Under the pieces are notes generated by a model. The model saw only the letters and a program-made list of their open reading frames with translations, made no database searches and had not been told where the DNA came from. A DNA stretch of 63,698 nt, counting the filler, from an uncultured Gemmatimonadota bacterium (lineage in GTDB: Bacteria > Blakebacterota > Blakebacteria > Blakebacterales > Blakebacteraceae), in assembly GCA_964576115.1 (NCBI GenBank). It is 3 parts of 3 records of this genome, joined end to end, with 100 filler letters (N's around TTAATTAATTAA, not from the genome) between each part and the next. Parts side by side here need not be neighbours in the genome. Positions count along the whole stretch, not along the records: positions 20,464 to 51,797 come from CAZNUA010000040.1; 2 more parts are not named here. One strand, given 5' to 3'. Both the position numbers and the translations under genes were made by a program. Within the stretch, counting starts at the first letter, position 1. The number at the start of each line of letters is the position of its first letter. Shown piece by piece: positions 33,047-42,718 of the stretch.

Positions 33047-34237
33047 TCAGGGCCAGATGACCGAGTAACGCCTGGCCGAGGTCACATAGTCGGTGTCCAG
33101 CAACCAGAGATCTCCCGAGGGAGTGAACCTGATACGGGTGGCCGGCTCAGCCAGCGGGATTGCCGCCAGCAGCTCTCCGGAGGCACTGAAAACCTCGAGC
33201 CGGATCAGCTCTTCGAACTCGCCCTCCTCCTCGCGTTCCTCCCGCTCGGCCTGATCCACCAGGTAGGTGAGAACCCAGATTCTGCCGGCCGGATCGAAAG
33301 CCACATCGATCGAGATCGGATCGGCGCTCACAGCCAGCGACACGCGGACTTCGCCGCCGTCGGGGGAACGTTCCTGCTGTAAATCGGCGGAAGGTTCGAC
33401 GGGATTGAAAGCCAGCCCCCGGTTGAAGACGAGTTCAGGTTCGCCCGAAGCGGCGTCATAGACATGTATCTCGTCGAAGAACCGCGGCGCGACCGCAATG
33501 CGCCCCTCCGGACTCCAGGCCAGCGAGATCTGGTTGAGGATGTTGGCCAGATGCTGATCCTCACTCGTCCACCGCTCACCGAAAGAACGGAGTACCGCCC
33601 CGTCCTCGTCCACGATATCGATCAGCATCGATTCTCCGCGATCCATCCCTTCGGTCCCCTCGGGGGCGAAGGGCAGGACCGGGGGAGCGGGCTGGATGTA
33701 TTCGCCTGGTACGGTCGGGATCCGACCGACGGCACCGCCGATGATGATGATCATGTTCCCCCCGCCCATACCTTCGGAACGCAGGAACTCCCCTTCCTTT
33801 GTAAACCAGGTCGTTCGCTGACTCTGCATGTCGGGCACGACCAGCTCGCCCTCCCACGACATGAAGGCCATGGCGGGAGCCATGATTTCACCCGGCCCCG
33901 AACCTTCTCTTCCTATCCGACGCAGGAAATTCCCGTCGCGATCGAAAACGAGGATGCTGTGGTGACTGCCGTCGGGCACATAGACGTTGCCGTCGGTATC
34001 GAAGAAGAGGTTGGTGGGTCGGAAGAAAGCCTGTTCCTCAGGCCCCTCGAGACCGATTTCGACTTCCTTGACGAGTTCGGGGGTACCCCTGGCCGGCGCC
34101 CGGAAGCGGTTGTGCACCACATCGGGTTGCTGAGCCGCCAGAGCAGCCGTGCTGCCGGTAGAGAGGATGAGCATGATCACCGTCATACCGGCCGGTGCGA
34201 TCGTGCTCGAACCCCACCATCCGCTGAGTCTCATCAC
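33047..34237 (-). CDS. Secreted 6-bladed (NHL-like) beta-propeller protein
   Basis: Signal peptide; DGNVYVPD..ILVFDRDGNFLRRIGREGSGPGEI. Confidence 0.8.
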   Translation of the reverse strand: MMRLSGWWGSSTIAPAGMTVIMLILSTGSTAALAAQQPDVVHNRFRAPARGTPELVKEVEIGLEGPEEQAFFRPTNLFFDTDGNVYVPDGSHHSILVFDRDGNFLRRIGREGSGPGEIMAPAMAFMSWEGELVVPDMQSQRTTWFTKEGEFLRSEGMGGGNMIIIIGGAVGRIPTVPGEYIQPAPPVLPFAPEGTEGMDRGESMLIDIVDEDGAVLRSFGERWTSEDQHLANILNQISLAWSPEGRIAVAPRFFDEIHVYDAASGEPELVFNRGLAFNPVEPSADLQQERSPDGGEVRVSLAVSADPISIDVAFDPAGRIWVLTYLVDQAEREEREEEGEFEELIRLEVFSASGELLAAIPLAEPATRIRFTPSGDLWLLDTDYVTSARRYSVIWP

Positions 34238-34358
34238 GTCATCTCCTGTTGAGTATCTGCCGGGCGTCTTCTAGTACAAACCTGCGCAGGATTTGTTCGC
34301 GGCAACCTGACCCCGGAACCCCGAAATTGCGGGGAATCCGCCCGACGCTCACCCCGGC

Positions 34359-35333
34359 TCAGTCTGCCGCACCGGCGGAGCCGATCTCGCTTTCGATACG
34401 TTCGATGATGAAGGGAATCTTCTCGCGTGAGAAGTCCACCCCGAGTTTTTCGAGCTCGGCCTGCGGCCGAAGCTGCATAAAGACTCCGCGGGCATAGATG
34501 TTGTGCTGGACCATGAAGTTACACCAATCCTGATAGGTAAAATCGTACCGCGGGAACTTGGTGTGCCTGATCGTTGTCAGACCCATCTCGTAGAGGACTT
34601 CGTCGGTGTTCTCGATATAAAAGGCCGGCGAGGGCAGCAGCTGCTGACCGAACCGCTCGAAGAGGGGTTCGAGGATCTGCTTGCGCACGCTCACCATCTG
34701 GCCGATCCAGACGCCGGCGCCTTCCATATGGGCGCCCGAGGTTGTGTACCTGATGCCGTGTTCGGCATTGAACACGATCGCCGCGGCATGCATGCCCAGC
34801 TTGCAGGGCCCGCAGAAGAGCTGGGCGAAGAGGCCGTATTTGTCCAGACACTCCTTGAGCTTTTCGTTGTAGATGGCCTGACAGAATTCGTCTACATCAA
34901 TGAAATGATGCTCGATCTTTTCGGGTCCGTAGATGTCCTGCAGCGTACGGACGTTGATTTTCGGGGGTTCCCCATCGTGCGTGCCCAGGTGGGCGAAGGT
35001 CAGCAGATGTACTTTGCGGAAACGTCCGGCCAGCTGGTATGCGGAGTAGGTGGAATCGGCCCCACCGGAGTAGAGCACCGAAATCTCTTCGGATTCCGCA
35101 TCCGGGATCTCGGCGTACACACCTGGAGCGGCCTCAGTGTCCACGCTCAGTCCCTGCTGGATGTTGCCGGTCGCAATCGCCAGCCGCTGCAGCGCCCCGA
35201 CCATTTTGAGCATCGGGTGCAGTACCCGCCAGATCGCTCCGGCCAGGATATCCTTCTGTTTCAGGGGCAGAAGGCGGAACAAATGGGACAGCACGAAACA
35301 GACCGGCACGACCGCGATTCTGATGATCCGCAT
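34359..35333 (-). CDS. PP-loop ATP pyrophosphatase family protein (QueC-like fold)
   Basis: VLYSGGADST PP-loop; FCGPCKLGMH Cys motif. Confidence 0.7.
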   Translation of the reverse strand: MRIIRIAVVPVCFVLSHLFRLLPLKQKDILAGAIWRVLHPMLKMVGALQRLAIATGNIQQGLSVDTEAAPGVYAEIPDAESEEISVLYSGGADSTYSAYQLAGRFRKVHLLTFAHLGTHDGEPPKINVRTLQDIYGPEKIEHHFIDVDEFCQAIYNEKLKECLDKYGLFAQLFCGPCKLGMHAAAIVFNAEHGIRYTTSGAHMEGAGVWIGQMVSVRKQILEPLFERFGQQLLPSPAFYIENTDEVLYEMGLTTIRHTKFPRYDFTYQDWCNFMVQHNIYARGVFMQLRPQAELEKLGVDFSREKIPFIIERIESEIGSAGAAD

Positions 35334-35512
35334 GGGCTCCCTTCTCTCGCGCGCCCCTCATTCAATCATCGGGCCTTCTCGAGTGTCAATATAGGAGTAC
35401 CAACGAATTCCCGGACCCGGTTTTCCCGACGATTTCGATCCCGGTTGCTGGTAGAATGATCCGGCGGTACCCTGACCGACCTGTGTTTCTCCGAGCCGGC
35501 GGTGCCTGACGA

Positions 35513-37381
35513 ATGTGCGGAATTTTCGGACAGATCTCGCTCACGGGGGGTGAACCCGACCCGAGGGTTCTGGAACGGGCTCTTGCCCGCCTGGAGCACC
35601 GCGGCCCCGACGACGCCGGTACCCACCGGGACGGTCCGCTCGTCATGGGTGCGCGCCGGCTGGCTGTCGTCGATATCGCCGGCGGGCACCAGCCCCTGGC
35701 CAACGAAGCGGGTACGGTCTGGGTGGTCTTCAACGGCGAGATATACAACGACTCCGATTTGCGCGAGGAGCTGCGGGAACAGGGTCACACGTTCAGAACC
35801 CGGTGCGACACCGAGGTTCTGGTGCATCTCTACGAGAACGATCCCGACCACTTCCTCGACCGTCTGAACGGGATGTTCGCCCTGGCCCTGTGGGACGCCG
35901 AACGCAGGCGCCTGGTTCTGGCCCGCGACAGGGTCGGGCTGAAACCGCTCTTCATCGCCGAATGGGAAGGCAGTCTCTATTTCGCCTCGGAGATGAAAGC
36001 CATTCTGGACGTACCCGGATTCGAACGGTCCTGGGACTACGAAGCCATCGATCATTATTTCTCTTTTTATTATCCCAACGCCCCGGCCACCCTGTACCGA
36101 CGGATCCGCCGGATCATGCCCGGCGAATGCGTGCGGGTCGAAGGGGGCCGGGTAACCCACCGGCAGTACTGGAATCTGCGCTATGAAACCGATCGGGGAC
36201 TGCGCAACGACGACATGGTCCCCGCCTTTCACTCCCTGCTCGAAGACGCGGTGAAGCGGCACCTCAGGAGCGAGGTGCCCGCGGGCGTGTTTCTTTCCGG
36301 GGGGCTCGATTCGGCGAGCCTGGTGGCGGTGATGTCCCGTTTCGTGGACCGCGTGCGCACCTATACCGTCGGGTACGAAGAGACCTCGTACAGCGAGTTC
36401 GCCACAGCCCGCAGTGTGAGCGAGCGTTTCGGGACCGATCACCACGAATGTCTTCTCACTCCCGACCTGGTGCGGGAGAATCTCCCGGCCGTCATCAGAC
36501 AACTCGACGAACCGCACGGTGACTGGACTTATCTGGCCCACAGCTGGCTTTCCCGCTTCTCGGCTCAGGACGGCGTGACCGTCGTTTTCGCCGGCACGGG
36601 AGGAGATGAGCTCTTCGGCGGGTATCCGACCTATGTCGCCGCCCGGCTGGCCCGGCTGTACCGACTCCTTCCCGCAGTCCTGCGCCGGGGCTTCATCGAA
36701 CGGCTCGTCGCCCGCCTGCCAACCTCGTATCGACGGATGTCCTTTGACTTCAAAGCCAAATCCTTCGTTGCGGGGGCCTCTCTGGAACCCGAACGGGCCC
36801 ACCTGCGCTTCAAGGAGATATTCACGCCCGCGCAGCGGGCGGCTCTCTTTACCACCGCCATGAAAGAGGCCATCGGAGTCTCCGACAGTTTCGATGTTTT
36901 CGCCCGGCACCTGGCGATGATTCACGAACCCGAGCTCATCAACCGGCTCATGTATCTCGATTTCAGAACCTTTTTGCCCGACGGCACTCTCTACCCGATC
37001 GACATCGTGACCTCGGCGCACTCCCAGGAATGCCGGGCGCCGCTGCTGGACACCGAACTGGTTGATTTCGCCGCCCGGGTTCCCTGGCGCTGGAAACTGC
37101 ACGGTTCCACGACCAAGTACCTCATCCGCCGGGCCATGAAGGACAGCCTGCCCCGGGAATGCATCCGCATGCCCAAGAAGGGATTTCTGCTGCCGAGCGG
37201 TCCCTGGCTGCGTCAACCGCTGTACGAGTTCGCCCGTCAGATAATCGGAGACTGCACCCGTCACGACGATCTGCTCGAGCGAAAGGAAATGGAGCGACTG
37301 CTCTCGGAACACCGGGACGGTCGGGCCGATCATACCCGCCGGCTGACCTGTCTGCTGGCATTTCTTCTCTGGGCCGATTGA
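35513..37381 (+). CDS. asnB: Asparagine synthase (glutamine-hydrolysing)-like amidotransferase
   Basis: MCGI with catalytic Cys; HRGPDD, RRLAVVD, FNGEIYN, LSGGLDS, GTGGDELFGGY; the glycosyltransferase context suggests glycan amidation. Confidence 0.9.
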   Translation: MCGIFGQISLTGGEPDPRVLERALARLEHRGPDDAGTHRDGPLVMGARRLAVVDIAGGHQPLANEAGTVWVVFNGEIYNDSDLREELREQGHTFRTRCDTEVLVHLYENDPDHFLDRLNGMFALALWDAERRRLVLARDRVGLKPLFIAEWEGSLYFASEMKAILDVPGFERSWDYEAIDHYFSFYYPNAPATLYRRIRRIMPGECVRVEGGRVTHRQYWNLRYETDRGLRNDDMVPAFHSLLEDAVKRHLRSEVPAGVFLSGGLDSASLVAVMSRFVDRVRTYTVGYEETSYSEFATARSVSERFGTDHHECLLTPDLVRENLPAVIRQLDEPHGDWTYLAHSWLSRFSAQDGVTVVFAGTGGDELFGGYPTYVAARLARLYRLLPAVLRRGFIERLVARLPTSYRRMSFDFKAKSFVAGASLEPERAHLRFKEIFTPAQRAALFTTAMKEAIGVSDSFDVFARHLAMIHEPELINRLMYLDFRTFLPDGTLYPIDIVTSAHSQECRAPLLDTELVDFAARVPWRWKLHGSTTKYLIRRAMKDSLPRECIRMPKKGFLLPSGPWLRQPLYEFARQIIGDCTRHDDLLERKEMERLLSEHRDGRADHTRRLTCLLAFLLWAD

Positions 37382-38310
37382 TGGAAGGGGAGATTCGACA
37401 TACATTGGATGCCATGAGTGAACAACCTGTCAGCGTCGTACTTCCCGCCTTCAACGAAGCAGCCACGCTCGCAGAAGACCTCGCGGCGATCAGAGAGGCT
37501 TTCTCCGGGACAGGTATCGCCTACGAGTTGATCGTCGTGGATGACGGATCGACCGACGAAACCGCTTCGATTGCAGCCGGGATGCCGGATGTCCGTCTGA
37601 TCCAGCACGAGTTCAACCGCGGTGTGGGAGCCGCACGAATGACGGGTATCAGAGCGGCCGAACACGAATGGATCGTCACCACCGATACCGACGGTACTTA
37701 CCCGAACCACGAGATGCCGCGCCTGGTCCGGCTGCTGGCCGATTACGACATGGTCATCGGAGCCCGGACCGGTTCCAATGTGGCCCGCTCGTGGATCCGG
37801 GCTCCGATCAAATGGCTGATCAGGATGCTGGCCTCGTACCTGGCCCAGAGGCGCATCCCCGACCTGAATTCCGGCCTGCGGGCTTTCCGGAAAACCGAGG
37901 CGCTGAAATTCTTCTACCTGCTGCCCGAATCGCACAGCTGGGAGAGCACGATCACACTCGCCTTCCTGACCAACCGGCGGCGCGTGAAGTTCGTCAGCGT
38001 GGACTACTACCAGCGCCGGGGGGGACGTTCCAGCTTCCATCCCCTGGTCGACACCAACAACTACCTCCAGCTCGTGATCCGGACGATCATGTATTTCCGG
38101 CCCCTGCGGATATTCCTGCCCTTGAGCCTGATCATCTTTGCCGTCGGCGCAATCAAGACCATCAGCGACTGGATCATCTTTCGCGACATCGGCGGAGCGG
38201 ATGTCATCATCATCCTGTTCGCCATCGTGATCGCGGTAGCCGGACTGCTCGCCGATCTGATGGTCGTCCTGCATCGCAAGCAGGATGCGGCGGAAGATCT
38301 GCACCCCTGA
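37381..38310 (+). CDS. GT2 glycosyltransferase (polyprenol-phosphate glycosyltransferase-like, 2 C-terminal TMs)
   Basis: VVLPAFNE, VVDDGSTD, TDTDGTY (DxD), DLNSGLRAF. Confidence 0.9.
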   Translation: MEGEIRHTLDAMSEQPVSVVLPAFNEAATLAEDLAAIREAFSGTGIAYELIVVDDGSTDETASIAAGMPDVRLIQHEFNRGVGAARMTGIRAAEHEWIVTTDTDGTYPNHEMPRLVRLLADYDMVIGARTGSNVARSWIRAPIKWLIRMLASYLAQRRIPDLNSGLRAFRKTEALKFFYLLPESHSWESTITLAFLTNRRRVKFVSVDYYQRRGGRSSFHPLVDTNNYLQLVIRTIMYFRPLRIFLPLSLIIFAVGAIKTISDWIIFRDIGGADVIIILFAIVIAVAGLLADLMVVLHRKQDAAEDLHP

Positions 38311-38338
38311 GCGTGTTCCGGAACGAAGGAAACAGGAT

Positions 38339-41029
38339 ATGAGTGCCGCCAGTCAGCGATCGCGATCATCCGCCGCCGTTACCCCGTCCCTGCTCCCCGC
38401 TCTGATCGCCGGCGCGGCCGGGGCGCTGATTTTCATTCTGCAACTCAATCCCTGGGCCAACTGGCGGGACGGCGCCGAGTTCATCGGTGTCGCCTCCACC
38501 TTCGGGATCGCCCACCCGACCGGGTATCCGCTCTACGCCCTGTTGAGTCGTCTGTCGGTTATCATCCTGGGCTGGCTCACCGGCGCCGTCACAGCCGCGA
38601 ACCTGCTCTCGGCGCTGGGTGCCGGAGCGACCTGCGCGGTCATGACCACCATCTCGCTGCGGCTTTTCGTCTTCCTGCGACTCGGGCCGCTGCCCCGCAT
38701 CATCAGGATCGGTGCGGCGCTGCTGCCTCCGGCCATTCTGGCCGGCATCGGTGTCTTCGTGGATCAGGCGATCGTCGCCGAGGTCTACACCCTCAATACC
38801 CTGCTGGCCGGACTGCTCATTCTGTGCGGCCTGATCAGCATCCAGCAGGCCGAACATCCGCGGCCGATCTCGGCCGAGAACGGAGAGATCCGCAGCGGTT
38901 GGTGGGGCGAGCAGCCGGGGGGATGGCGCTACCCGCTCCTGATGGCCTATCTGGCTGGAGTGGCGACCGGCAACCACCTGACAATCGTTCTCTACTATCC
39001 CGCCCTGGCCCTGATGCTGCTCTGGGCACTTTCGCCCGAGACTCAAGCACGCTTTTTCAACCGGAAGCAGGAAAAACGGGGCGTTTTCACCATCGCGGCG
39101 CCGCTGGCGATCTTCTTCGCACTGGGTATCACCATCTACCTGCTCATCCCCCTGCGGGCGAGTCTGAACCCGCCCTATAACTGGGGAGACGCCTCGACCC
39201 TGAGAGGCTTCCTGCGTCTGGTCACCGCGGCCGAAATCCGGGCCCGCCCCGGAACCTACTTCCCCATTACGCCCTTCAACATCTGGGGCAGGATCGCGGC
39301 GGACACGGGCTGGATCGTCCTTGTCCTCTCGCTGCTCGGCTGGGTTCTGGCCGGCCTGCGCTGCCGCCGGCTGGGCTTGATCTCGCTGGCGTACTTTCTC
39401 TTCCCCCTCTTCTTCCTGATTCTCGGACTCGATATCATCGATGACGCCCTGCTGCCCTTCCACCTCTGGGTCACCCTGGGGGCGGCCCTGCTGGGCGTGC
39501 TGGTGGCCGAACGTCTGGTCTCGCTGCTCGGTCCCGTCCGCGGCAGGAACCTGGCCCTGACCGTGCTCGGGCTGTTTCTGGTTTTCGGGCCGGGCTGGCG
39601 GATCGCGGCGAACTGGGGCCGATACACTCCGCCGGCCGAGGGCGGCGCCGAGACCTACGCGCAGGCCGTCATCGCTTCGGTCAGCGGAACCGCCGAACCG
39701 ACGGGCGACGTGGAGGGATGGGTCTTCTGCGAGGACAATACGACTGTTTTCATGCTCTGGGATTACGAGCGCCGGCTCCAGGAGCATCCCGACCTCTACG
39801 GCATCTACCTGCTGCTCGCCCGGGAACAGTGGTATCAGCAGGAGCTGCGTGCCCGGGTGCCGGAACTGACGGTCCCCCAGCTGGACCGCTCCTACGAGAG
39901 GTTGCCGCACGGCGCGGCGGCCCGGGAGCTGATCGCCGCGAATACCGACGCCGACCGGCCGCTCTTTCTCAGTCCGATCCAGCTGCCGCCAACCGAGGTA
40001 TACGGCGTGCTCGTGCCACAGGGTGTGCTCTTCCGCATGGAACCGCCCGGTTATGTCCCCACCGAGCAGGACATCCGGCGTCACGTCGAGATCATGAGCG
40101 CCTATGCGCCCGCCTTTCAACAGGACGAACTTCCGGCTCTCGATCCACAGGCCGTCGACCACTGGAGCTGGAAGCACCTGCGGATCGGTGAAGCCTGGCT
40201 GCGCCTGGGAATGCTGCCGGCAGCCGAAGCGGAATACCGGGCGGCGGTGATGACGGCTCCCGAACGGATCGAAACCTGGCAGGAAATGGCTGCTTTCTAC
40301 ACCATCGTCGGCGATGTGGAGGGCACCGAGGCGGCCCTGCGCGAAGCCCTCGCCCTCGAACCGCGTAACGAAGAGATCCGGGTCATGCTGGCTCGAGCCC
40401 TGAGCCTTCGGGGGGCCTTTGCCGAGGCTGACAGTCTGCTTCCGACCGGCCGACTCAGAAGTGTTCCCCGTGCCGAATATCTTCAGGTGCGGGCCGGTAT
40501 CAGACTGGGGTTCGGGAATGCCGCGGCGGCGTTGACCGATCTCGAGGAAGCCACCCGGCTGGCTCCGGACGACGGCGAAATCTGGAACGATCTGGGAGTC
40601 GTCTACCTGCAGCGCGGACGGTGGGAAGAGGCTACCTCGTCGTTCGAGCGGGCGGTCGAACTGTATCCCGGTCTGAGCGAAGCGTGGATGAACCTCGGCT
40701 TGATCGCAACCCAGAATTCCGAGTGGGAAAACGCCGCGGAGTACCTGAGACGGGCGATCGAAGCCGGCGTGAACACCCCGGAAGCCGGTCACACCCTGGG
40801 CATCGTCCGTTTCAACAACGGCGACTACGCCGGCGCCGAAGAAGCCCTGCGGGACAACCTGCGGGCCTGGCCCGAGCATGCCGACAGCTATCTGGCTCTC
40901 GGCTATCTCTACGAGCAGACCGGCCGGATCCGGGAAGCGATCGCGCTGTACAATGCCGGTCGGGCCGCCGTTCCGGGCGACGGCCGCTTCGCCCAGCGCC
41001 TGCGGAATCTGCAACCGCCACCCGACTGA
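38339..41029 (+). CDS. DUF2723/TMEM260-like GT-C membrane protein with C-terminal TPRs
   Basis: DGAEF..GIAHPTGYPLY, AEVYTLN, NHLT, YLLIPLRA..PYNWG; many TMs; several TPRs (IWNDLGVVY, AWMNLGLI). Confidence 0.85.
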   Translation: MSAASQRSRSSAAVTPSLLPALIAGAAGALIFILQLNPWANWRDGAEFIGVASTFGIAHPTGYPLYALLSRLSVIILGWLTGAVTAANLLSALGAGATCAVMTTISLRLFVFLRLGPLPRIIRIGAALLPPAILAGIGVFVDQAIVAEVYTLNTLLAGLLILCGLISIQQAEHPRPISAENGEIRSGWWGEQPGGWRYPLLMAYLAGVATGNHLTIVLYYPALALMLLWALSPETQARFFNRKQEKRGVFTIAAPLAIFFALGITIYLLIPLRASLNPPYNWGDASTLRGFLRLVTAAEIRARPGTYFPITPFNIWGRIAADTGWIVLVLSLLGWVLAGLRCRRLGLISLAYFLFPLFFLILGLDIIDDALLPFHLWVTLGAALLGVLVAERLVSLLGPVRGRNLALTVLGLFLVFGPGWRIAANWGRYTPPAEGGAETYAQAVIASVSGTAEPTGDVEGWVFCEDNTTVFMLWDYERRLQEHPDLYGIYLLLAREQWYQQELRARVPELTVPQLDRSYERLPHGAAARELIAANTDADRPLFLSPIQLPPTEVYGVLVPQGVLFRMEPPGYVPTEQDIRRHVEIMSAYAPAFQQDELPALDPQAVDHWSWKHLRIGEAWLRLGMLPAAEAEYRAAVMTAPERIETWQEMAAFYTIVGDVEGTEAALREALALEPRNEEIRVMLARALSLRGAFAEADSLLPTGRLRSVPRAEYLQVRAGIRLGFGNAAAALTDLEEATRLAPDDGEIWNDLGVVYLQRGRWEEATSSFERAVELYPGLSEAWMNLGLIATQNSEWENAAEYLRRAIEAGVNTPEAGHTLGIVRFNNGDYAGAEEALRDNLRAWPEHADSYLALGYLYEQTGRIREAIALYNAGRAAVPGDGRFAQRLRNLQPPPD

Positions 41030-41072
41030 GATGTTCTCCCGGTGCCGCTCGTCCGGCTGCTCGTGCGGCCGG

Positions 41073-41855
41073 ATGTATATCCTGCTCCTACCCGCTCTCA
41101 CCTTCCTGCCGGTCGCCTGCACGTCTTCGGTGACCGCGCCCCCGAAACTGGCGGCCCCGACCGAGGTGAGACTCGTCCGCCTGTCGGCGGGGAGCTACGT
41201 ACTACGCTGGAACGACCGGTCGCAGGACGAGGAGGGTTTTCTCATCGAGCGGAGTTTCTCGGCATCGGAGGGTTTCGAACAGATCGCCACCGTAGCGGCT
41301 GACACCACCTCCTGGACGGTCTCGGGACTCGATTCGACCCGAACCCATTACTTCCGGATAGCAGCTTTCAACTCAGCGGGCCGCTCCGCGTATTCCCCGG
41401 TCGTGGATACCGCTCATATCATTCAGCACATCGGCGACCTCGCTCTCGATTTCACCGCTCTGGATCAGAACGGACAGGAGGTCTCTCTCTCCGACTACTC
41501 CGGCCGGGTCATCGCCCTGTATTTCAACACCTACAATACCGACACCTGACTGCCGTCGGGGAACGAGGTCTCGTTCCTGAACGGTCTGCACAACGACTAT
41601 GCGGGTTCGGCCTTTCAGCTGCTGGTCATTCTGGTCAACGGGACGCCCTCTTCGTGGAACCTCGAGATAGGGTCGGCAGCGTATCCGATCCTGGACGATT
41701 CCGCCCGCACGATCCACTCCTCGTTCGGCGGCGGCGGCTGGCCCCTGTTTGTGGCGATCGATTCCGAACGGATCATCCGGTTCCTGCAGGCGGGGACGAT
41801 CGCGGCCCGCGAAGCGGACCTGCGCGCCACGATCAATGAGCTCCTCACGCCCTGA
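41073..41855 (+). CDS. FN3 + thioredoxin-fold (redoxin) lipoprotein, candidate selenoprotein (UGA at 41547-41549 read as Sec)
   Basis: Lipobox PVAC; FN3 (WNDRSQDEEGFLIERS..YFRIAAFNSAGRSAYS); DFTALDQNGQEVSLSDYSGRVIALYF; TGA then 101 more open codons with redoxin features (YPILDD..GWPLFVAID..IIRF) to TGA 41853-41855; alternative start 41031. Confidence 0.8.
41560..41577 (+). promoter_or_regulatory. Putative bacterial SECIS element
   Basis: GGAACGA-GGTC-TCGTTCC hairpin starting 10 nt after the in-frame UGA. Confidence 0.72.
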
Positions 41856-41894
41856 CAGCGCCCGTTCGGCACCCGAGTGCAGAGATCGCCCGAT

Positions 41895-42584
41895 TCAATC
41901 CGGCGGAACCCGTTCCATGCGGAAATCGCGGCCGCGCTGGTGAATGACAAGGGCAATCGCGACGCCCTTTTCGTCCCGGACGAACGTCATACCCGATTTG
42001 AAGTCCTGCGTGAAGAACTCCGTTTCCGATTCGGGAACGAACTCGGAGCGGGGCTCGTGCGGCGGGTCGATGAAGAGCCGATCCCCTTCGACGACGACCT
42101 CGTATTCCACTCCCGAGTCGTGCCGGTAGCGGCCGGCATAACTTGCCAGAACCCGCGGCTCGGGAGCGATCGCAATTCTGTCGTTGGGGACGTTTTCCCA
42201 GAGGACATGCACGACCTGCCACTGCCCCCGCAGACAGGCCAGACTCAGGTACTCGGTGTAGTAAGCCGAATCGATCCGGATCACCGCGGTGGTCCGAGCC
42301 CGATCGAGGACGGCGATGTCGATCTCGCGTTCGTCCTCCGGGGTGGCGCTGTCCCCCCCCCGCCGGGCGTTGGCCAGAAGGGCGTCGCGATCGGTCTCGA
42401 GGAAGAAATCTTCGTCGGAGGTGGTAACGGCGGCGATCCGCCGCACGAAAGCGGGGTGCAGAACGCGCCCGACCCGTTCAGCATCGCCTGCATACCAGCC
42501 CTCGACATAATCGCGGGCGGCCTGCAGCAGGTCCTCCGGATCGCGGCGGGTGTCGAGCGTCAGGAGCAGGACGATCGGAGCAGC
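41895..42584 (-). CDS. NTF2-like (lumazine-binding type) + DUF3471-like domain protein, 5' end in gap
   Basis: DYVEGWYAGDAERVGRVLHP..EYLSL..WQVVHVLW; then LASYAGRY..PESETEFF. Confidence 0.7.
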   Translation of the reverse strand, partial: AAPIVLLLTLDTRRDPEDLLQAARDYVEGWYAGDAERVGRVLHPAFVRRIAAVTTSDEDFFLETDRDALLANARRGGDSATPEDEREIDIAVLDRARTTAVIRIDSAYYTEYLSLACLRGQWQVVHVLWENVPNDRIAIAPEPRVLASYAGRYRHDSGVEYEVVVEGDRLFIDPPHEPRSEFVPESETEFFTQDFKSGMTFVRDEKGVAIALVIHQRGRDFRMERVPPD

Positions 42585-42684
42585 NNNNNNNNNNNNNNNN
42601 NNNNNNNNNNNNNNNNNNNNNNNNNNNNNNNNNNNNNNNNNNNNNNNNNNNNNNNNNNNNNNNNNNNNNNNNNNNNNNNNNNNN
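42585..42684. other. Assembly gap (100 N)
   Basis: Run of N. Confidence 0.99.
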
Positions 42685-42718
42685 GGCAATAGGACTTAAG
42701 TCCCCATTTTCCTCCCGA

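Noticed and set aside
35513-37381. Second lasso cyclase
   Set aside because: Retains the N-terminal catalytic Cys (MCGI), sits with glycosyltransferases, and has no RRE, B2 or precursor nearby
41547-41549. Genome-wide UGA reassignment (genetic code 4/25)
   Set aside because: Many well-defined genes here end at TGA at their expected C-termini (pcm, ccmB, cyclophilin, PadR)
42692-42703. Palindrome ggacttaagtcc next to a gap as a mobile-element end
   Set aside because: Only 12 bp, single copy in the window, and no transposase
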